Both the position numbers and the translations under genes were made by a program. Below, piece after piece: positions 42,403 to 50,814 of a stretch of DNA of 64,000 nucleotides. Source of the stretch: Bacteroidota bacterium (lineage in GTDB: Bacteria > Bacteroidota > Bacteroidia > Bacteroidales > PUMT01). The stretch spans positions 12,450 to 76,449 of the forward strand of contig PWHJ01000089.1 in NCBI GenBank assembly GCA_003554865.1, written 5' to 3'. Position 1 is the first letter of the stretch. Every line of letters begins with the position of its first letter. The notes under the pieces are model-generated. The model was not told the DNA's origin. It made no database searches and worked only from the letters and a program-made list of their open reading frames with translations.

Positions 42403-44454
42403 TTATTCTAAACCGTACTGTTCCAGATATGCTTCAACACGTTCAAAAACCTTTTGCGGGGTAAACCCGAACTTTTCATCAAGCACTCCTGCAGGAGCCG
42501 AATAACCAAAATGTTCAAGTCCGAGAACCTTCCCCTTCGGACCTACAATATTTTGCAATGTAAGTGGTAGTCCTGCAGTTAATCCGAAAACCGGCAGTTT
42601 TGAGGGAAGGAGTTTTTCCCTGTAGTGATAGGGTTGTTTGCGGAAAAGTCCTTCCGAGATTACAGAGACAACTCTCACATCCAATTTTTTTCTTTCTTCC
42701 AGTAATTCACAGGTTTCAATAAGTGTTGATACTTCTGAACCGGACCCCGCGAGGATCAAATCCGGTTCACTGTTTGCCTCTTTAACTGTATAAGCGCCAT
42801 TGCGGGCATTAAGGGCTTCTTTGTAACGCGAGGAACCTCCTCCTGCAGGAAGGTTTTTTATTTTCTGCCGTGAAAGTATCAAAGCAGTCGGTGTATCTTT
42901 GTTTTCCATTGCCATTTCCCAGGCTACAGTAGTTTCCCACGCATCTGCCGGCCTTAAAATAAGCATACTTGGATTGCCTGAATGGTTTTTCAAATGTTCC
43001 ATTACCCTTATCTGAGCTTCCTGCTCTACGGGTTGGTGGGTGGGACCGTCTTCTCCAACACGGAATGCATCGTGAGTCCATATATATTTGACGGGCAGCT
43101 CCATCAATGCACCCACTCTCACGGTCGGCTTCATGTAATCGGAAAAAACGAAAAAGGTTCCGCAGGCTGCAATCACTCCGCCATGAGCAGTCATCCCATT
43201 GACAATGGCTCCCATTGTTAGCTCAGAAACACCGTTGTGCAAAAATGCTCCGCTGAAATCTCCTTTAGTAAAGGGTTTGGTTTCCTTTAAAAAACCTTCG
43301 GTTTTATCGCTGTTTGCAAGGTCTGCCGAACATACAATCATATTTTCGACATGTTTTGCAAGATAATTAAGTACTGAACCGGAAGCGGCACGTGTTGCAA
43401 TATTGTCTTTTTGCTCAATTATACTGTAATCCAACGCAGGTGTATCACCGGACAAGAATCTTTGAAGTTTTTTTGCAAGCTCCGGATTTTTACTCTCCCA
43501 TTCTTTTTGCATCTGCTTTTTGGAAGCTGCTTTTTCCCTTTTTTCCTCCAATATTTTTTCGTAGTACTGGCTAACCTCTGGAAAAATTTCAAACGGCTTT
43601 TCGGGATCACCTCCCAGATTTAAAACGGTTTTTTCGAATGACCCGCCAGCTGCACTTAAAGGCATCCCATGTGTTACAACCTGTTTTTCGAAGGATTGGC
43701 CGCTTTCTGTGACCGCCCCCTTGCCCATGATGGTTTCTCCTATTATCAGAAAAGGCTTTGAACTTTCATTAACAGCCTCTTCAAGGGCCTCATAAATTTG
43801 GTGAGGATCATGCCCGTTGATTGTTTTTACCCGCCATCCCCATGCTTCATATTTTTTTGCGGTATCTTCACTTGAAACCTTCATGGTTTCTGTGGATAGT
43901 TGTATTTCATTGGAGTCAAAGAACATTATAAGGTTATTAAGTCCTAGATGCCCTGCTATACGTCCTGCTCCCTGAGATATCTCCTCCTGTATACCTCCGT
44001 CGGAAATAAAAGTGTAAATTTTATGGCTCATCCATTCACCGAACCTGGCTGACAGAAAACGTTCGGCTATTGCTGCGCCAACGGCCATGGCATGCCCCTG
44101 TCCCAGAGGCCCGGAGGTGTTTTCTATTCCGCGGGAAATATCGCGTTCAGGATGGCCGGGGGTTGGACTTCCCCATTGACGGAATTCTTTAAGATCACTC
44201 AAAGTGTATTGCCCCGTAAGAGTTAGAACCGAGTATAGCATAGGTGACATGTGACCGGGATCAAGGAAAAACCGGTCGCGCATATGCCACTCCATGTCCG
44301 AGGGGTCGAAATTCAGGAAATGGGAGTATAAAATATTGATAAAATCGGCTCCGCCCATTGCTCCCCCGGGATGACCCGATTTTGCTTTTTCAACCATTGC
44401 GGCTGTTAAAATTCTTATATTGTCTGCTCCTTTGTTAATAATATTTATATCCAT
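42403..44454 (-). CDS. tkt: Transketolase
   Basis: 683 aa. SGHPGGAMGGADF, GPLGQGHAMAVG, ISDGGIQEE, HDAFRVGEDGPTHQPVEQ. Confidence 0.97.
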   Translation of the reverse strand: MDINIINKGADNIRILTAAMVEKAKSGHPGGAMGGADFINILYSHFLNFDPSDMEWHMRDRFFLDPGHMSPMLYSVLTLTGQYTLSDLKEFRQWGSPTPGHPERDISRGIENTSGPLGQGHAMAVGAAIAERFLSARFGEWMSHKIYTFISDGGIQEEISQGAGRIAGHLGLNNLIMFFDSNEIQLSTETMKVSSEDTAKKYEAWGWRVKTINGHDPHQIYEALEEAVNESSKPFLIIGETIMGKGAVTESGQSFEKQVVTHGMPLSAAGGSFEKTVLNLGGDPEKPFEIFPEVSQYYEKILEEKREKAASKKQMQKEWESKNPELAKKLQRFLSGDTPALDYSIIEQKDNIATRAASGSVLNYLAKHVENMIVCSADLANSDKTEGFLKETKPFTKGDFSGAFLHNGVSELTMGAIVNGMTAHGGVIAACGTFFVFSDYMKPTVRVGALMELPVKYIWTHDAFRVGEDGPTHQPVEQEAQIRVMEHLKNHSGNPSMLILRPADAWETTVAWEMAMENKDTPTALILSRQKIKNLPAGGGSSRYKEALNARNGAYTVKEANSEPDLILAGSGSEVSTLIETCELLEERKKLDVRVVSVISEGLFRKQPYHYREKLLPSKLPVFGLTAGLPLTLQNIVGPKGKVLGLEHFGYSAPAGVLDEKFGFTPQKVFERVEAYLEQYGLE

Positions 44455-44519
44455 TTTTAATCACATTTATAGCCGTCTGTTTTGATTTTCAGAGTGATCA
44501 GGTAGTTTGATCCAAACAA

Positions 44520-44527
44520 CAAAAGTA
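44520..44527 (-). promoter_or_regulatory. Candidate -7 box TACTTTTG for tkt
   Basis: The plus strand reads CAAAAGTA. It lies 66 nt upstream of the tkt start. Confidence 0.45.
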
Positions 44528-44608
44528 ATTAATTTCAGGGACTTGCATGTTGCTTATATTATTTTTTTTAAAATTGTTTTCAACTTCAGGTGTACTTATA
44601 TTAGATGA

Positions 44609-44645
44609 AAACCCCGTTTTATAATGCCAAAGGCTGACGGGGGTT
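44609..44645 (+). repeat. Nested-hairpin intergenic repeat, copy B (5' of tkt, upstream of ychF)
   Basis: AAACCCCGTTTTATAATGCCAAAGGCTGACGGGGGTT. It shares ACCCCGTT, TTATA, GCCAAAGGCTGA and GGGGTT with copy A, in the same orientation. Confidence 0.6.
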
Positions 44646-44665
44646 GCAGGTAATTTTAAAAACGG

Positions 44666-44673
44666 TAATTTTG
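44666..44673 (+). promoter_or_regulatory. Candidate -7 box TAATTTTG for ychF
   Basis: Matches TAnnTTTG, 23 nt upstream of the ychF ATG. Confidence 0.45.
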
Positions 44674-44695
44674 CAATTGATTAAAATTTATAGTA

Positions 44696-45781
44696 ATGGG
44701 ACTCAGATGTGGTATTGTGGGAGTAGCCGCTTGCGGTAAAACAACTCTTTTCAACTGTATGTCGGGACAAAAGGCCCAAACTTCTGTTTCCTCTTTCGGA
44801 AAAGGTGGAGCAAATGTTGGAATGGTCCAGGTTCCGGATGAGCGGTTAGATATGTTGGCTAAATTTTATACCCCACAAAAAATAGTGCATACAGCTGTTG
44901 ATATTGTTGATATACCCGGTATTACAAAAGGGAGTGCCGATGGGAACAGGTTTTTGGCCGATGTGAGAAATACTGATGCACTTATTCATGTGCTAAGGTG
45001 TTTTGAAGATCCAAGTGTACCGCATGCAGATGGTTCGGTTGATCCTATGCGCGATATGGATACCGTTGAACTGGAGATGAAGGTTAAGGATCTTGAGCTT
45101 GTTGAGAAAAAAATTGAAAAGCTGGAAAAAGTTGCAAAATCGGGAGATAAGAATGCAATAAAAGGAATAGAAGTACTTGAAAAACTCAAAAGGCATTTCG
45201 AGGATTTTCTGCCGGCGCGCAATATAGAAATCAGGGATACTGACAAAAGGTTTTTGGAGGATATGGATTTCCTTTCTGCTAAACCTGTAATATATGTTTG
45301 CAATGTTGATGAAAGCTCAGTTACAGGTGAAAATACCCATGTAAGGAAAGTAAGGGAAAGGTTTAAAGAAGAAGAAAATCAGATTCTTGTAATAGCTGCC
45401 AAAACCGAGGCAGAAATAGCTAAGGTCAACTCTTTGGAAGAGCGCCGGGAATTTCTTGAGATGATGGGTTTAAGTGAACCGGGAGTCAACAAAATGATAA
45501 GAGCAGCATATAATTTGCTCAAATTGCAGACTTTTTTCACGGTTGCAAACAAAGAGGTCAGGGCGTGGACTATCAGGGAGGGAATGACCGCACGTGAAGC
45601 AGCAGGGATAATACACAGTGACATGGAAAGAGGTTTCATAAGAACCGAGGTTATCAGGTATGAGGATCTTGTAACTCTTGGTTCCGAAGCGGAATGCCGA
45701 AAAAAGGGTAAAGTTTCGGTTGAGGGTAAAAATTACGTGGTGGAGGATGGAGATATTCTTTATATTCGTTTCAACGTATGA
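44696..45781 (+). CDS. ychF: YchF/OLA1-family ATPase with atypical G1-G3 motifs
   Basis: Colinear with YchF along its length. It has NVDE (G4), a helical insertion, and a C-terminal TGS-like domain (EVRAWTIREGMTAREAAGIIHSDMERGFIR...VEDGDILYIRFNV). The N-terminal P-loop region is divergent. Confidence 0.85.
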   Translation: MGLRCGIVGVAACGKTTLFNCMSGQKAQTSVSSFGKGGANVGMVQVPDERLDMLAKFYTPQKIVHTAVDIVDIPGITKGSADGNRFLADVRNTDALIHVLRCFEDPSVPHADGSVDPMRDMDTVELEMKVKDLELVEKKIEKLEKVAKSGDKNAIKGIEVLEKLKRHFEDFLPARNIEIRDTDKRFLEDMDFLSAKPVIYVCNVDESSVTGENTHVRKVRERFKEEENQILVIAAKTEAEIAKVNSLEERREFLEMMGLSEPGVNKMIRAAYNLLKLQTFFTVANKEVRAWTIREGMTAREAAGIIHSDMERGFIRTEVIRYEDLVTLGSEAECRKKGKVSVEGKNYVVEDGDILYIRFNV

Positions 45782-45823
45782 TCTTTTATATTTTTTAAAA
45801 ATAAAAATCTCAAATTAAAGGTG

Positions 45824-47446
45824 ATGAGCATATCAGTCAGATTATTAACAGCAATAATTGTTTTTTTTCTTTCTTACTCTCACTGCTATACCCGTCAGCC
45901 GGAACATTTTGAAGGTGACAGACCCAAACTTGTTTTCGGTATCGTGGTTGAAAAGATGCGTTATGATTATTTAGAGCGTATGTGGGATAGTTTTGGAGAT
46001 GAGGGATTTAAAAAGCTAGTCAGGGAAGGAGCGTTTTGCAGGAACGCTTCTTTTGATTATTTGAACAATCAGACTTCACCTGGATATACTACAATTTTTA
46101 CAGGTGTTAATCCTTCAGAACATGGAGTTATTTCAAATGTCTGGTATGACAGGCTAAGCGGGTCGGCCGTAGAAAGCCATTCAGACAAGAAAGTTACGGC
46201 AGTGGGCGGCTCTTTTGAGAACGGGCAAAGGTCTCCGGCAAATTTGAAAATTGAGACTGTCGGCGACAGGATGAGAAAATTTCAAAATTTCAAATCCAGA
46301 GTCTACAGCGTTTCTATGAGCTCCCGTGGTGCTGTTTTTTCCGGAGGGTTTTCGGCCAATGCAGCCTGGTGGTTTGATGTTAACTCCGGTCAATGGATGT
46401 CAAGTTCCTATTACATAGATTCACTTCCCGGATGGGTAAAAGATTTTAATTCAAAAAATTTTCCTGAAAAATATTCACAGCGAGCATGGGAACCTTTAAT
46501 GGGACCTGAGAAATATTTCAGCCAGTATGGTTCTGACGATAAGTCCGGTTTGTTTAAACATAACCTGAGGCAGTTAAGTCGCAAAAGTGATGATTTTGAG
46601 CTTTTGAGAGAGTCACCGTTTGGAAATGTATTGACAAGGGACTTTGCCATATCGCTTATTTTGAACGAAAACCTTGGAAATGAAGGATATACCGATAAGT
46701 TCATTCTCGGTTTGTCGGCAACAGGTGATATAGGGCAAAAATACGGTGTTTTTTCACCGGAGCTTCAGGATGCTTATCTGAGGCTTGATCAAGAGATAGC
46801 ACATATACTGCGTTTTTTGGATGAAAATTTTGGTAAAGAGAATGTTTTGGTTTTTCTGACTTCTGATCAGGGAGCTGCTTATCCGGAGGAATATATTAAA
46901 ACTTCAAAAATTCCATCCGGCACTTTTAGTCAGGCAGCGGCCACTGCACTTTTGAGAAGCTATCTAAATGCATCTTACGGGGAAGGAGACTGGGTTGAGG
47001 CTTATCATTCCAGGCAGGTGTATTTGAACCGTCTTCAAATTGAAGAGTCCAATATTCAGCTTGGTGAAATTCAGATGAAATCCGCCCGCTTTATTAGCAA
47101 TATGACAGGGGTGGGGAGGACTTTTACGGCTGAAGTATTAACAAGCAACAATTTTACCGGCGGATTGGATTACAGGGTGCAGACAGGCTTTAACCCGGGA
47201 CGTTCGGGTGATGTTATCCTTTATTTAAGACCGGGCTGGCAGGAAAGGTCAGTTACTGAAGAAGCAACCAATCAGCCTGTCAAAGATTCTCATGTACCTC
47301 TTGTATGGTACGGGGGTAATGTTAATAATACAATAATAAACAGGCCTGTTAATATGACAGATATAGCACCTACGATATCATTTTTGCTTAATATGCCCTA
47401 TGGAAGTGATTTCAGCGGCCAGCCCCTTATGGAGCTGGCCCGCTGA
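45824..47446 (+). CDS. Secreted alkaline phosphatase/NPP-superfamily (PafA-like) protein with a degenerate metal site
   Basis: Signal peptide. Colinear family blocks are IVVEKMRYDYL, TSPGYTTIFTG..HGV..NVWYDR, LSATGDIGQKYGV..YLRLD, VFLTSDQGA and HVPLVWYG. Confidence 0.75.
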   Translation: MSISVRLLTAIIVFFLSYSHCYTRQPEHFEGDRPKLVFGIVVEKMRYDYLERMWDSFGDEGFKKLVREGAFCRNASFDYLNNQTSPGYTTIFTGVNPSEHGVISNVWYDRLSGSAVESHSDKKVTAVGGSFENGQRSPANLKIETVGDRMRKFQNFKSRVYSVSMSSRGAVFSGGFSANAAWWFDVNSGQWMSSSYYIDSLPGWVKDFNSKNFPEKYSQRAWEPLMGPEKYFSQYGSDDKSGLFKHNLRQLSRKSDDFELLRESPFGNVLTRDFAISLILNENLGNEGYTDKFILGLSATGDIGQKYGVFSPELQDAYLRLDQEIAHILRFLDENFGKENVLVFLTSDQGAAYPEEYIKTSKIPSGTFSQAAATALLRSYLNASYGEGDWVEAYHSRQVYLNRLQIEESNIQLGEIQMKSARFISNMTGVGRTFTAEVLTSNNFTGGLDYRVQTGFNPGRSGDVILYLRPGWQERSVTEEATNQPVKDSHVPLVWYGGNVNNTIINRPVNMTDIAPTISFLLNMPYGSDFSGQPLMELAR

Positions 47447-47483
47447 TAATGGTTTTAAATTTGCCTGTAAAGACCGGGTTTAT

Positions 47484-50400
47484 TTACCAGCCCGGCAGGA
47501 AGTTCAGTCCGAACACCCCGCCCATAACACCGTCGCGGTGGATAGGATAAGCATAATAAGGTTCAAGTATAAGATACCCGAAAAGATTAAAACGCAATGA
47601 AGCTCCTGCGCTGAAGAACGGGTATCTGTTATCAGTATCATCGCGGTCCAGTGTTGGTCTTTCCTCTTTAGTCCATGCAACTCCTGCATCAAAAAACAGG
47701 TTCAGTTCGGTGAAAAAGAAACCCGATTCGATCACGGCAAGAACATCGGGTCCGGTAAAGGGCAGCCTTAGTTCGACATTTCCTACCAACATTTGTGTGC
47801 CGATCATGTCGTTGAATGTGAATCTTGGGTCTCTTACAGATTGCATTTCATAAAACTGGTTTGTCATATATCCGCGCAAAAATCCCGGGAAACCAAGGAA
47901 AAGCGGACGAAACAGATCGTTGTCGGCATCTTGTCCGTATCTTCCGCTGTAGTAAAGGCGGTAGGACAAGTTCAGGGGGTTGAAAAAATGATAATTCCTG
48001 AAATCTGCAATGCTCTGATACATATTGATCTCCCCGAAATATCTGTCGAGGTGAAGGCGGTATCTGTGACCGCGCATAGGTGATGCCATTCCGAAATATG
48101 AATCATCTCCAACATAGGCAACATTCCCCCTGCCAAGTGTAAAGCCCGGTGGTGCATCGGCTTGTTCACGGGATTGTCCTATCTGAAACCCCTGTTGATC
48201 GTAGTAATGATTGAACACATCAATACGGTAATAGTATCTTGCAATTGATGCGCCTGCCTCAAAGCGGCGGGTTACAGATATAGGGTATTGTGCAAAAAGT
48301 GAAAGCTGGTCTTCGAACATTCTGATATTAAATAGCTGGAAGTTGTCAACAACCATGTATTCATCTTCGTCAACCGGAATTTCTTCCTGAGTAAATCCCA
48401 TGGCTGACGAACGATAAGGAATGTGTGAAATGCTTGCACCCCAGTCTATTCTTCCGCCCTGATTCAGATAGGAGGCCAGACCGGCAAAATCGTAAATTTC
48501 ACCGTCAACGTGTAGAATGGTTGAAAGTTGTTGTTCCCCCACAATGTCGCTAAAGAACATACTTACCCCCCCATGCATTCCGGTACCGTAGTAGGTGTCA
48601 AACCCAATGCCGGCTCCCCCGGTAGTTCCTATATAATCCAGCTCGAACTGGGGCTTGAAGGGCTTATCTGCAAATTCCTCGGATGCAATATCCCTGACTT
48701 TTTCATAATTGCCCAAATTCTTGTCAACAATGTTCTTTGCAACTCTCTGGAACGGAGGTAGTGTTGCAGCAAGCATATCAACATTTTTGGGGTTTACCTC
48801 CTCCCTTTCAAAATCCTCCTTGTTTGCGGTGTAAATGCTGTATTTTTTGTCAAAGTAATAATTATAAGCAATTTTATCTGTTTCCCGGGAAATACTCATT
48901 GCCGGTGCAAGCCAGGTGATACCGCTGATTCCTGTCGGGTAGTCGGTAAGACTGTAGAGTTTTTCTTCATTCAGGTCATATTCATACATATTCCTGAATC
49001 CGTCCCTGTCGGAGAGGAAAAATATCGATTCACCGTCAGAGGAATAAACCGGGTTGACGTTGTCAGCTCCCTTGAAAAATGGGAAAACTGTTATCTCATT
49101 ATCATTTTCAAGATCGATAGTGCCGATATTGAACTTGTAGTTGGGGGAGGTATCATCATCGCCCGGTTGCCTGCGGTCTGTTGCAAAAACAATTTTATTG
49201 CCCCCGGGCGACCAGTTAGCGTGTATATAAGAATGTTTGTCGTTTGTGAGCTGGTCCACCTCCTTGCTATCCATATCGTATATGTAAATATTGTTCCTTC
49301 CGCCGGCCAGTCCGTTCAAAACAATTTTTTCACCGTCAGGCGACCAGGAGGGGTTGTTGAAAGCCTTCACACCGGGTATTTCTATCTCCCTTGGCGAGCG
49401 CCGGGGCCTTTCGGTATCCACTATAAATATTTTGTTCCTTCCCCTTTTAACACCTACGTAGGCAAAGTAGCGGCTATCAGGGCACCAGGTACCTCTTGAC
49501 TCAAAAAAATTGTACCCGTCTATGTCAGTTCCAAGTGATGTACTTGTAAGCTCCTTGATTATTTTACCGTCTTCTGCACGGGCAATGAAAAGATCCAGTG
49601 TAAATACATCCTTTTCTGAGAAAAAGGCAACATATTTACCGTCGGGGCTTATTGAAGGGGATAAATTCATCTGTCCTGCCGTCTCTTCGTAAAGTATTTT
49701 CTCTCCGGTTATCTCGGGCAATTCATCCGGCAGGAAAGTTCTGAAATGAGTTTTGTAGGAATTTTTCCATACCTCGGAGAATGTTGAAGGACTCATATCC
49801 AGGGTAGTCTCAATAGCACGGCGGTATCCCCACCTTGCAGTTTCCATAAACAGGTCGGGAATAATATCATCGCCCCATGTGCGGCCCACAAATGCCAAGA
49901 AGGCATGGCCCCACCTGTAAGGGAAATACTCTTGCATATTTTGAAGATCGTCAACTTCCGGGAAATCATCATTTAGCAGAGCGTCCCTCATCCACATAGC
50001 TGTATGGGGGTCTACACTTCCGATCGACATGTATTCGGCCATTCCTTCTACGAGCCACAGGGGCAAATTTTGCATTGAAGCCCTGTCTACCTCATCACCC
50101 TCAGCGCTTTGCATAAGCATGTTAAACTGAAAAGCGTGTACAAGCTCGTGGCCCATCACATGGTTGGTCTGGGCATTGGTTTCCAGAATGGGCATGATCA
50201 CCCTGTTTTTGAGAGATTCAGTTACTCCCCCGGTTCCTATACCTATCTGTGACTGAACAGCTGTTGTTTGCTGAAAATCAGGGTGGTTTTCGTACAGGAT
50301 AACAGGACTGGGTGTTTGAAGGGAGTCCTGCATAACTTCATAATGTCTTTTGAACCATTTTTCAGTCATTACACCCATATCCTTAAGTATCTCCTCATCA

Positions 50401-50582
50401 TCAAAGTAATGATAAATGTCAAAATTCGATGTGCTGAAAACCTTATAGTCGAAAGCCTCATAAGTTGGCTTGTTTCTTCCGAACCCTTGCGAATATGCCT
50501 CAGGGGCAGCCCAAAAAAATACGGCCATTAGAAAGCTCAGCACAAAAAATATTTTTGATGTTCTCTTATAAAACTGAGTCAT
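47484..50582 (-). CDS. Outer-membrane fusion protein: HExxH gluzincin-like domain, PD40/TolB-like beta-propeller and Omp85-type beta-barrel
   Basis: Signal peptide (AYSQ). HELVH at 50136-50150 with a downstream LVEGMAEY. Five or more PD40-like repeats (SPDGKYVAF, SPDGEKIV, SPGGNKIVF, SSDGESIFF). The C-terminal region has an alternating beta pattern, LRGY at 47868-47876, and a terminal GW. Confidence 0.75.
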   Translation of the reverse strand: MTQFYKRTSKIFFVLSFLMAVFFWAAPEAYSQGFGRNKPTYEAFDYKVFSTSNFDIYHYFDDEEILKDMGVMTEKWFKRHYEVMQDSLQTPSPVILYENHPDFQQTTAVQSQIGIGTGGVTESLKNRVIMPILETNAQTNHVMGHELVHAFQFNMLMQSAEGDEVDRASMQNLPLWLVEGMAEYMSIGSVDPHTAMWMRDALLNDDFPEVDDLQNMQEYFPYRWGHAFLAFVGRTWGDDIIPDLFMETARWGYRRAIETTLDMSPSTFSEVWKNSYKTHFRTFLPDELPEITGEKILYEETAGQMNLSPSISPDGKYVAFFSEKDVFTLDLFIARAEDGKIIKELTSTSLGTDIDGYNFFESRGTWCPDSRYFAYVGVKRGRNKIFIVDTERPRRSPREIEIPGVKAFNNPSWSPDGEKIVLNGLAGGRNNIYIYDMDSKEVDQLTNDKHSYIHANWSPGGNKIVFATDRRQPGDDDTSPNYKFNIGTIDLENDNEITVFPFFKGADNVNPVYSSDGESIFFLSDRDGFRNMYEYDLNEEKLYSLTDYPTGISGITWLAPAMSISRETDKIAYNYYFDKKYSIYTANKEDFEREEVNPKNVDMLAATLPPFQRVAKNIVDKNLGNYEKVRDIASEEFADKPFKPQFELDYIGTTGGAGIGFDTYYGTGMHGGVSMFFSDIVGEQQLSTILHVDGEIYDFAGLASYLNQGGRIDWGASISHIPYRSSAMGFTQEEIPVDEDEYMVVDNFQLFNIRMFEDQLSLFAQYPISVTRRFEAGASIARYYYRIDVFNHYYDQQGFQIGQSREQADAPPGFTLGRGNVAYVGDDSYFGMASPMRGHRYRLHLDRYFGEINMYQSIADFRNYHFFNPLNLSYRLYYSGRYGQDADNDLFRPLFLGFPGFLRGYMTNQFYEMQSVRDPRFTFNDMIGTQMLVGNVELRLPFTGPDVLAVIESGFFFTELNLFFDAGVAWTKEERPTLDRDDTDNRYPFFSAGASLRFNLFGYLILEPYYAYPIHRDGVMGGVFGLNFLPGW

Positions 50583-50745
50583 AATATATTAATTTTCTAG
50601 TTAGAATAACTTAAGGCAGTTTTACTATTTTAAAACGGTTTTTCTCAAGTAATAATTATACCAAAAGGGAAACCTGCCATCTTTAAATTTATGTATTATT
50701 TAAAGTAAAAACAAGTGTAGCATCGATTATGTTCAATCCAGACAA

Positions 50746-50777
50746 TAAAAAAAGGGCTGCCATTTTGAAGCAGCCCC
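50746..50777 (-). terminator. Rho-independent terminator after korB
   Basis: The minus strand reads GGGCTGC-TTCAAAATG-GCAGCCC followed by TTTTTTTT. It lies 38 nt past the korB stop. Confidence 0.8.
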
Positions 50778-50814
50778 ATTTTAACCGGGTTTAATTTTGT
50801 CTGCAGCTTATTTT

